From positions 1 to 15,746 of the forward strand of contig JBGSTX010000130.1 in the NCBI GenBank assembly GCA_041736305.1: a stretch of 15,746 bases of DNA, given 5' to 3'. Numbering within the stretch: position 1 is the first letter of the stretch; each line of letters opens with the position of its first letter. Shown one piece after another: positions 8,412 to 15,547 of this stretch. The DNA is from Oligoflexus sp. (lineage in GTDB: Bacteria; Bdellovibrionota_B; Oligoflexia; Oligoflexales; Oligoflexaceae). The translations under genes were made by a program, and so were the position numbers. The notes beneath the pieces are model-generated. The model was not told where the DNA came from, ran no database searches, and saw nothing but the letters and a program-made list of their open reading frames with translations.

Positions 8412-8723
8412 TTAGTGCTTGATGCCGCTGATTTCAAGTACTGTCACGGGCTGCTTATGGCCGCGGGTGCGCTTGTAATCTTTACGACGTTTAAATTTGA
8501 AGACCAAAACTTTCGGATTGAAAGTCTGCTTCCTCACCACAGCTTCAACGCTGGCACCAGCCACGAAAGGAGCTCCAACCTTCACCTTGTCTCCGCCCAC
8601 GAGGAGGACATCTGAGAAGCTGATTTTATCACCTTCGTTTTTGCCTTCGAGAAAGTCGACGGTGATCTGATCCCCTTGGCTGACTCGATACTGATGACCG
8701 CCAGCTTTAATTACGGCAAACAT
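8412..8723 (-). CDS. rplU: 50S ribosomal protein L21
   Basis: [14 protein letters not shown]...[26 protein letters not shown] upstream. Confidence 0.99.
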   Translation of the reverse strand: MFAVIKAGGHQYRVSQGDQITVDFLEGKNEGDKISFSDVLLVGGDKVKVGAPFVAGASVEAVVRKQTFNPKVLVFKFKRRKDYKRTRGHKQPVTVLEISGIKH

Positions 8724-8838
8724 ACATTCTCCTCATCGCAAACTCTCAGGCAGGAGTTGATGCCTGGAATAGTCTCGGGTGTTGGTGATGCCCAACGGGC
8801 AATGGTCTCAAGAGCAAGTTGAGTCTAGAGAGCGTCAC

Positions 8839-8867
8839 ATATTCTTAAATCGCCTATGGACTGTCAA
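8839..8867 (-). promoter_or_regulatory. Sigma-70 promoter for the rplU-rpmA operon
   Basis: On the minus strand: perfect -35 TTGACA (8867-8862), 17-nt spacer, -10 GAATAT (8844-8839). Implies a 5'UTR of about 110 nt. Confidence 0.6.
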
Positions 8868-8939
8868 TAGCAAATAAGCGCCGCACAGCGGCTAGGGCCA
8901 GCTTTCCCAAAAGGTAGAACGAGCTGGGATCCACAGCTA

Positions 8940-8975
8940 GGCAAGTTTGCTGCGGCAAAAAGAACGAAATTGCCG
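8940..8975. promoter_or_regulatory. Candidate upstream activator sites for a sigma-54 enhancer-binding protein
   Basis: GGCAA-GT-TTGCT (8940-8951) and inverted repeat CGGCAA-N11-TTGCCG (8953-8975), about 80-115 bp upstream of the predicted sigma-54 transcription start. Confidence 0.4.
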
Positions 8976-9026
8976 AGCTCTTTGCAAATTTTTAAGCTAA
9001 GCCCACGGATTTATAGCTTCGATTTT

Positions 9027-9043
9027 TTGGCATGAAGCATGCT
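9027..9043 (+). promoter_or_regulatory. Sigma-54 (-24/-12) promoter upstream of fliK-flgD
   Basis: TTGGCATGAAGCATGCT: GG at 9029-9030 and GC at 9041-9042 with the exact GG-N10-GC spacing, close to consensus TGGCACG-N4-TTGCW. It lies upstream of flagellar genes. Confidence 0.75.
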
Positions 9044-9123
9044 CTTGGAAGGGAGCCGAATGCACGATTGGATCTTATCGACGCACTCTTCTCATCGGTC
9101 GCTTGAAAAGGATACTTGAGCAA

Positions 9124-11511
9124 ATGACTTCACTTCCACGCACAGAAGCCTCTTTGTATGCCAACAAGGCAGGACAGCAGCTTGTGGATACTAAGAGCGA
9201 AGCTAAGCCGAGCCTTTCCAAAGCCGCTTCCAGTCCTGGAGCAAAAGACAGTTTTTGGGACGAGCTCCAAAAAGCCAGTCAGTCCGAAAGACCTAATAAT
9301 AAGTCTAAATCGCCCTCAGAGCCGATGGCCGCCGCGCGATCCCCTAAGAAGTCTCCTTTAAATCCAAAGCAAGTGGATGCAGCCCCAAACTTAAAAGCAA
9401 AAGCACCGAGCCTCGAACCCGAAAAAGCTGCTGAAAGACCTACTTCTCAAGCGCCTGCGAAGGCTAAGAGGAGCCAGGAAAAACTTGCCGAGCCCACGTC
9501 TAGGGGCAAAGGTTCAGATCCTTTGCCGCCGACCAACCAAGCTTCACCATCGACAGGAGAGCCCGCCACGTCGCTTGCCAGTCCGCCGACACCCCCTAAG
9601 ACGAATGCTGAGGGATCGAACCTAGGCGGCAGCAAAGGTGAAGTGAACGAAGCTCAAGTTATTGGGAACGCCGATCTTGGAGTGTCGCCTCAGACGCAGC
9701 CCGTCCTCTTAGATCTAAGTGGCAAACCCGTTCAGGCAGCAGGCCCTATGGGAATCATGAGCGTCCAAGGCCTTAACGAATTAAACCTAGTGCTAGACTC
9801 TCCGCCTGATGCGGCTCTGCAGGAGCTTCAAAGCCTCAACTTCGCTTTAGGTGGACGCGATCAGCTGCTACTCTCGGCTCCGGCCCTCGCTCTTCTCAGC
9901 GGCCATCTTGAACAAGTAGTTCCCAGCGAGATCCCGCAGCTTCTAGGTAACAATCAACTGCTGCAAGGTATTCTCGCTTCTGCTGACATCCAAGGTCTAC
10001 TCGCCGAACCTCTATCTTTAAACTCCGCCCTCAAAACCCTAGGTCTGGGCGATAGCCCTCTTGCTCTCGGCGTTATAGCCAAAGGCTTAGGATCGGAAGT
10101 CACGACTCTTGGAGAAACTCTCAATGCATTGGGATTCGACGTCAATCGCATTCAAATAGAAGGTTCTCTCCTCCAGCAGACCATCCCTCTGGAAGGAGTT
10201 CAGCCTTATATGTTACGCAGCGCGAAACTGCGCGCGCAAGAGCCCGACGAGATCGATCAAAGTCTGGCCGCGATAGCCGGCATGCTTCCGCAAGTACCCA
10301 TGGCTCCCCGCCTAGAAATGGGGCAGGCTCAGGTCCCATCGGAACCACAGGCTCATCTCAACGTCAAAGCACAGAGCGCAGAGGTTTCACTGAAAAGCCC
10401 AGAAGCAGGCGAACTGTCTGCGCTGCCTAATCCGGAAGCGCCTGTTCAACTCACTGAATCTTTCCAAACATTAAGCGGAGTGACGGAAGTACCGATCCAA
10501 GCGAAAGAAACGTCTGACCAAGCAAGTTCCGATTCTCTTGCGGCAAAGGTTCCTGAAGAAATCCAACGCGCTCAGGGCAAGCCCTTAACTCAGCTTAATT
10601 TAGCTCAAGCTAACTTAGTCCAGGTCGACCCCTTTGCAGCGATAGGTGCTCGCCTTCAAACGCTCGATCGCCAAGTTCTTGTGATCGATGGTGAAGACAT
10701 GCGCAAAGAGGCTAAGGCCGATGAAGTAGGTATGGAAGACATCGCCCAGCTTCTCGCGCCAAGTTTCGGCCCTGATACCTTCGGGACCGAACTAAAAAAT
10801 GGGATGGGCGCCGCGCGGCAATCTGCAAAATCTGCTTCGAGCCCTTTAGAGGCCTTAGCTCTATCTATGCTTGAGGGGACTGTTCAAGAAGGTGAGAGGG
10901 CCGGAGAGAATATGAGTGAGCGCGATTCATCCTCATCGCAAGGGGGTCAGGGTGATGGGAACTCGCTATTTCCCATGTCAAGTACCCCCGCACAAAAAGA
11001 ATCGACGGCAATTTTTCAAATACAAGGTCCTGACACGAATAATCAAGCTACCAAACTCTCCCAGAGCCTTAGCCAGAACGTCTTCGAAAATGCTACTATG
11101 ATGTTGAAGGAGGGCGGTGGATCCATTCGCGTCGATCTCGGATCTGAGGGACTCGGCTCACTTGATCTAGCATTGGATATCAAAGACAAAACCGTCGAGC
11201 TGCGGATCATAGCTTCGTCGCCCCATGCGCGCGAGCTCTTAGCGCAAGATCTGCCAAAACTTCGTGATTCGCTTTTGAATCAGAATCTCAATCTTGAAAA
11301 GGTTGAAATAGGTCTAAATCAAGGTTCTTCCTGGTCGCAATCGTCTGGTGACGGCCGATCTTTCCGGGGTCAAAGTCAGAATCAAGAGATTTTCACAGGC
11401 GGTTCACGCGATAGCCGGCGGGGCGAGGTTCGCAGCTACCGCCAGATTACATCAACTGGCGATCGACGCCCGGGCACTCTGCCAAGCGGCTCTATTCAAG
11501 TGAGGGTATAA
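9124..11511 (+). CDS. fliK: Flagellar hook-length control protein FliK (about 795 aa)
   Basis: Long Pro/Ser/Ala/Lys-rich N-terminus. C-terminal FliK-type domain GGGSIRVDL.SEGLGSLDLALDIKDKTVELRIIASSPHARELLAQDLPKLRDSL, ending GSIQVRV. Lies 3 nt before flgD. ATG 9124 (AAAGGA upstream) is preferred over TTG 9103, but the start is uncertain. Confidence 0.85.
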   Translation: MTSLPRTEASLYANKAGQQLVDTKSEAKPSLSKAASSPGAKDSFWDELQKASQSERPNNKSKSPSEPMAAARSPKKSPLNPKQVDAAPNLKAKAPSLEPEKAAERPTSQAPAKAKRSQEKLAEPTSRGKGSDPLPPTNQASPSTGEPATSLASPPTPPKTNAEGSNLGGSKGEVNEAQVIGNADLGVSPQTQPVLLDLSGKPVQAAGPMGIMSVQGLNELNLVLDSPPDAALQELQSLNFALGGRDQLLLSAPALALLSGHLEQVVPSEIPQLLGNNQLLQGILASADIQGLLAEPLSLNSALKTLGLGDSPLALGVIAKGLGSEVTTLGETLNALGFDVNRIQIEGSLLQQTIPLEGVQPYMLRSAKLRAQEPDEIDQSLAAIAGMLPQVPMAPRLEMGQAQVPSEPQAHLNVKAQSAEVSLKSPEAGELSALPNPEAPVQLTESFQTLSGVTEVPIQAKETSDQASSDSLAAKVPEEIQRAQGKPLTQLNLAQANLVQVDPFAAIGARLQTLDRQVLVIDGEDMRKEAKADEVGMEDIAQLLAPSFGPDTFGTELKNGMGAARQSAKSASSPLEALALSMLEGTVQEGERAGENMSERDSSSSQGGQGDGNSLFPMSSTPAQKESTAIFQIQGPDTNNQATKLSQSLSQNVFENATMMLKEGGGSIRVDLGSEGLGSLDLALDIKDKTVELRIIASSPHARELLAQDLPKLRDSLLNQNLNLEKVEIGLNQGSSWSQSSGDGRSFRGQSQNQEIFTGGSRDSRRGEVRSYRQITSTGDRRPGTLPSGSIQVRV

Positions 11512-11514
11512 AGT

Positions 11515-12663
11515 ATGTCTTCCATTCAAAGCAGAATTAATCCTCCTGTGCCAGTCGCTAACACTAGCAAATTTAGCGATGCACCCATCGATGATCCGAC
11601 GAAGCAAGTCGCGAATAAAAATGTTAATAAGACTGACTTTAAAGCTCTCATTAACAATTCTATGGATCAGGTCAAGAAAGAGCGCAAAGCCAAGGAAAAT
11701 GGCGACCTCAGCGCTGAGACTGAAACCGAGTTCCTTGAAAAATTAGCGGATCAAACCAAGGAAAAGCGGGTTCCGAAGAACGAGCTTGGTAAGGACGACT
11801 TTCTTAAGCTTTTCGTCACCCAGCTGCAAAACCAAGATCCTCTTAACCCGGACGACGGTACGGAGATGGCAGCGAAGCTAGCCCAGTTCAACGGTCTCGA
11901 GCAGATGATGAACGTCAACAAATCTCTTGAAAAGATGCTGACCGATCAGAATTCGGCTAGAAACCTCTCCATGGTCAATTATGTTGGCCGCGAAGTGACG
12001 GTAGAAGGCGGCCGGGCTCGCGTGAAGAATGGGCAAGCGACCAAGACCGAATTCAATCTCGAAGCTCCTTCCAATGCTTCGACTCTCGAAGTTAGAGACG
12101 GGGCCGGAAAGATAGTTGCACAGGTAGATCTGGGGCCTAAAGACGCAGGAACTCATACCCTCAACTGGGATGGTAAAAACGGAGCCGGGCGAACTCTTCC
12201 CGATGGGGTATATACCTACTCCATCTCAGCTCGCAATGCCGACGGCCGTGATTTGCCAGTTGCTATGACCGCCAAAGCCCACGTTACAGGCATCGATATT
12301 AAGAGTACTGATGGGGGTCTATTTACCGACTTCGGTAAGATCACTTTCGATCAGATTCGCTCCGTGGGCCGCCCTGGTTTTGAAGAGGATGCAGCCCCCC
12401 TAACTCTAGCTCCGCAAGTTCCAGGCGCTCCCCCAGAATCTCTTGAAGGTGCCACCTCAAAGGCCTCGGCTGGACCACAGAAAATATCGTTGAACGACGA
12501 TTTAGAACGCTTGAAAGCCGAAGGCAAACTCAATCTCCCGTCGATACCGGGAGTGGGAACGCCGACTGACCCCCTCAAAGGTGCAGTAAAAACCACGGCA
12601 GCGGTAGCACCGCCAGCACCTAAATCAAGTCCCGATGCCGAAAAACCCGTAGCTTCTCTGTAA
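11515..12663 (+). CDS. flgD: Flagellar hook capping protein FlgD with N- and C-terminal extensions
   Basis: LGKDDFLKLFVTQLQNQDPLNP....MAAKLAQF..LEQM and FlgD Ig-like WDGKNGAGRTLPDGVYTYSISA. Confidence 0.96.
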   Translation: MSSIQSRINPPVPVANTSKFSDAPIDDPTKQVANKNVNKTDFKALINNSMDQVKKERKAKENGDLSAETETEFLEKLADQTKEKRVPKNELGKDDFLKLFVTQLQNQDPLNPDDGTEMAAKLAQFNGLEQMMNVNKSLEKMLTDQNSARNLSMVNYVGREVTVEGGRARVKNGQATKTEFNLEAPSNASTLEVRDGAGKIVAQVDLGPKDAGTHTLNWDGKNGAGRTLPDGVYTYSISARNADGRDLPVAMTAKAHVTGIDIKSTDGGLFTDFGKITFDQIRSVGRPGFEEDAAPLTLAPQVPGAPPESLEGATSKASAGPQKISLNDDLERLKAEGKLNLPSIPGVGTPTDPLKGAVKTTAAVAPPAPKSSPDAEKPVASL

Positions 12664-12676
12664 AGAGGTCTAGGCC

Positions 12677-13564
12677 GTGATCAACTCGAAAAGAAGCGTG
12701 GTACTGGCGCTTTATCTCCTTACTTCGTGTGCTAGCGACGAAGCGGTTTTAGAACTTTCCGCTTCTTCACCAGTAATTGCGTCTGAAACTGTAGAAAATT
12801 CTTCGGATATGCCGACGGAAGTTCGGCTAGCCGAGGTGCAATTATCCGAGAAGTCTCCGAATCTTTCCTGCTCAGAAATTCCTGCCTGTGCAGTAGATGA
12901 GCAGAAAAGCCCCTATCAATGTGTGGCTTATCGCTATGCTGGCCAGTTGCTTTGGGGAAGTCAGCGCGTCTACGGCTGGGGCAAAAATCTCTGCGAAGCC
13001 AAGAGATCCGTGGCAACCAGTGCCTGTGAAGCAGGCAAAGACCTTAGTCAGCTTTCGGAACTGAGCTGCAGCCCAGATCCAAGTTATGGCAAATGCCCAC
13101 CTGCTCGACCTAAATGCTCTACAGAAACAAAACCAAACAAATGTTTCGCCACTAAATACCAAGGCAATGAGCTTTCTTGGGAGCAAAGACCAACTGCATG
13201 GGGCTCCAATGAGTGCGAAGCCCTTTACCTTATTCAAGTTTTTGCCTGTGAAAACGGTCTCGATCCCGAGGACCTGCAAAATACAGTATGTGCCGACGAC
13301 CTTTTTCCCGGACAATGCCCCCCTGCTTTGCCAACTTGCGACCTAGACCAGCGCGAGCCCACGGAATGTGTCTTAAGTTCAGTCGGTAGCATGGTTTTGA
13401 AGAAGCCATGGCGAGCTATAGGTACTTCAGCCTGTGAAGCTCGGTATCGCCTAGAAGAGCTCATATGCCGCTTTTCAGATCCGAAGCACCCGATATCTTT
13501 GGATGAAGCGAGCCAAATCGAATGTCGAGCTTTAGTCGGGACACGTGGGGCCATCACCCGATAA
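12677..13564 (+). CDS. Putative lipoprotein with three tandem 6-Cys (Kazal-like) repeats
   Basis: GTG start 13 nt after the flgD stop, with AGAGG SD. Signal peptide MINSKRSVVLALYLLTS-C (lipobox-like). 18 further Cys fall in three repeats of about 74 aa. Confidence 0.85.
   Translation: MINSKRSVVLALYLLTSCASDEAVLELSASSPVIASETVENSSDMPTEVRLAEVQLSEKSPNLSCSEIPACAVDEQKSPYQCVAYRYAGQLLWGSQRVYGWGKNLCEAKRSVATSACEAGKDLSQLSELSCSPDPSYGKCPPARPKCSTETKPNKCFATKYQGNELSWEQRPTAWGSNECEALYLIQVFACENGLDPEDLQNTVCADDLFPGQCPPALPTCDLDQREPTECVLSSVGSMVLKKPWRAIGTSACEARYRLEELICRFSDPKHPISLDEASQIECRALVGTRGAITR
12869..13525 (+). repeat. Three tandem protein-level repeats of about 74 aa, six Cys each
   Basis: Cys at aa 65/71/82/106/117/131, 140/147/156/180/191/205 and 214/221/231/253/264/283. 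Shared G-x-[NS]-x-C-E-A-x8-C. Confidence 0.9.
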
Positions 13565-13686
13565 GCCCAATTCCCAGTGGGTTGCAGTCGCGACCTTGAC
13601 GCTAAAAAATTGTCAGTGTCAAAGATTTAGCCAAAATTTTATGCCGTAAGAATCTGATATTCCTTGAGCGTTGCTGTGGACTCGGA

Positions 13687-13714
13687 TTTGCAAAAGATGG
13701 CTTGGCTTTGCAAA
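13687..13714. promoter_or_regulatory. Two palindromic TTTGCAAA octamers 20 bp apart (candidate transcription factor sites)
   Basis: TTTGCAAA at 13687-13694 and 13707-13714 in the intergenic region upstream of the cytochrome gene. The same octamer occurs at 8981-8988. Confidence 0.35.
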
Positions 13715-13783
13715 ATTGAATCGTCCGCTTTCGAACCAGGCCTAGGCCCCGTTGTTCGAGGCAACAAATCGAGGGGAGTGAAG

Positions 13784-15484
13784 ATGAGACTTGGGACTAT
13801 AAACGGAATCTTATTGGTAAGCCTGTTAACTGGGGTTTTATCCTGCAGTAAGTACGGTGGATTTTCGTCGCATAAGCCCGAAGATGAGGCTGCTACAGAT
13901 GAAACGAGTACAACTGAGACTCTCGAACAACAAGCTGCAGCCGAGGCAGAAGCACAGCAAGACGCAAACAAGAGCATTACTCTTCTTGAAGCCAAGACTC
14001 CAACCGAGGCTCAAAAAGATGCCAAGACTTTTCTCGCCCTAGATGACGAAGAAGGCGCGATGACCGGCTTGAAGCATGGCGAAGAGCAGATGAAGATCAT
14101 TTGCGCTAAGTTTGCAGCGATGCCGAATCTGGCCAACAATGCTGTCATACAGAAGTTTTGTGTTCAAAACATGCGCCCGAAGAGCATCATTGAATTACAA
14201 ACAATACTTGGCCTCCAAGTCGTCAATCCAGCTCTCGTCGCCCGTAATCAGAACGGAACTGGCGGCAACCCTGCTTTTGCTTTTCAAGGTCATTCCAGTT
14301 CACTGGTAGGACGCTTCGTTTCATCGATCAATCCTCGGGTCATTATAATTACGCCTAATTCAGTTGATAACGCAGACCCTAACATGGTCATCATGGGCTT
14401 CGTTCGCGGCGAGCAGTTCGCCGAAATAGTCTTGAACACACCAACGGGCCCTGAGTTTCTCTTGGCTGGCTTCAAGCAGGCTTGTAATAGCAAACCTGAG
14501 CATTGCAGCCCTGCGGAACTCCTAAGCCCTGCTATCGAGAGCAACTGGACTGAGTTTTCTCTCTATCATGAAGACGAACTCAAGAACAGCATAGTCGATT
14601 GCCGCCACTGCCATCAGCCAAACGGCCCGAACACGCCCAAGCTTCTTCGGATGCAGGAACTCCAGAACCCATGGACTCACTGGTTCCGCGACAACACTGC
14701 AGGCATCAACTTGATCAACGATTACTATGCGGCGCACGGCACAGCCGAAACTTACGGCGGTATCCCGGGCCCAATGATCCGCGGCTCAGATCCAGCTAAC
14801 GTCGAAGATACTGTTCGTGCAAATGGAGGCAATGTTCAGCCGAATGAATTCCGCACCAATAACATTCAGCAGGAAGTCGTTGCCTCTTCGCCGGCTCAAC
14901 CAGCCGACAACACGATTCCTGGTAGGAGCGCGATCTGGGATGGTTTATTCGCTCGCGTCTTAACAGGCGAAATGATCCCCATTCCTTATCATGATGTGAA
15001 AGTTACTGAGCCGAGTCTTTTGGCCAAGTTCACTAAGCAGTATCTAGATTTTACTGCAGGCGTCCTACCTGCAGCTAAGTTCGAAGATCATCGCGATGTT
15101 CTCCGCACCGACCAGAAGCAGCTCGGAGACATGGGCTTCGCTGTTGCTCCTGAAATGACGCCTCAACAAACTCTGATGTTGGCCTGTAGCCAGTGTCACA
15201 ATGCACGCATGGACCCAGCGATCTCGCGCTCTCGCTTCAACGTCAATCTCGCCAGCATTCCAGCTGCTGAGATCGACCTCGCCATCTCGCGGATTAAGCT
15301 TGGTTATAGTCCGGAACGCCTGAAAAAAGAAGGCATCCGCATTCTAAGCCCAGAAAGCCAGCCAGTTGAGATGAAACGCGGTGAGCACGTCCTGACGATG
15401 CCTCCACGCCGCTTTAAAGTCTTGTCTGACATTCAGATCGACGCTTTGGTTCAGTACATGGAAGCAGAAAAAGCTAAGAAGTAA
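13784..15484 (+). CDS. Putative c-type cytochrome lipoprotein with two CxxCH motifs (566 aa)
   Basis: ATG 13784 with GAGGGGAG SD. Signal MRLGTINGILLVSLLTGVLS-C. CRHCH (14600-14614) and CSQCH (15185-15199). C-terminal TMPP....LSDIQIDALVQYM is typical of class I cytochrome c. Confidence 0.85.
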   Translation: MRLGTINGILLVSLLTGVLSCSKYGGFSSHKPEDEAATDETSTTETLEQQAAAEAEAQQDANKSITLLEAKTPTEAQKDAKTFLALDDEEGAMTGLKHGEEQMKIICAKFAAMPNLANNAVIQKFCVQNMRPKSIIELQTILGLQVVNPALVARNQNGTGGNPAFAFQGHSSSLVGRFVSSINPRVIIITPNSVDNADPNMVIMGFVRGEQFAEIVLNTPTGPEFLLAGFKQACNSKPEHCSPAELLSPAIESNWTEFSLYHEDELKNSIVDCRHCHQPNGPNTPKLLRMQELQNPWTHWFRDNTAGINLINDYYAAHGTAETYGGIPGPMIRGSDPANVEDTVRANGGNVQPNEFRTNNIQQEVVASSPAQPADNTIPGRSAIWDGLFARVLTGEMIPIPYHDVKVTEPSLLAKFTKQYLDFTAGVLPAAKFEDHRDVLRTDQKQLGDMGFAVAPEMTPQQTLMLACSQCHNARMDPAISRSRFNVNLASIPAAEIDLAISRIKLGYSPERLKKEGIRILSPESQPVEMKRGEHVLTMPPRRFKVLSDIQIDALVQYMEAEKAKK

Positions 15485-15503
15485 GATTTTCCTTTAAAAC
15501 AAC

Positions 15504-15540
15504 GGGCGCAAGACGAGATTCTTGCGCCCTTCTTTCTTTT
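15504..15540 (+). terminator. Rho-independent terminator between convergent genes, probably bidirectional
   Basis: Stem GGGCGCAAGA (15504-15513), loop CGAGAT, stem TCTTGCGCCC (15520-15529), then TTCTTTCTTTT. The minus-strand side reads GTTGTTTT after the stem. Confidence 0.9.
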
Positions 15541-15547
15541 AGCCGCA

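Noticed and set aside
8881..8975. c-di-GMP (GEMM) riboswitch upstream of the flagellar genes, and the CCAGCT/AGCTGG inverted repeat
   Set aside because: It lacks the GEMM two-stem architecture and lies upstream of the predicted promoter. The 6-bp repeat is within chance expectation.
13596..13650. Sigma-70 or sigma-28 promoter candidates (TTGACG, TTGTCA, GCCGTAAG)
   Set aside because: No convincing partner element at the correct spacing.
13698..13712. Sigma-54-like TGGCTTGGCTTTGCA upstream of the cytochrome gene
   Set aside because: Spacing is GG-N9-GC, not the strictly required GG-N10-GC.
13664..13783. Upstream TTG start for the cytochrome ORF
   Set aside because: The extra 40 aa would bury the signal peptide, and a strong SD lies directly before ATG 13784.
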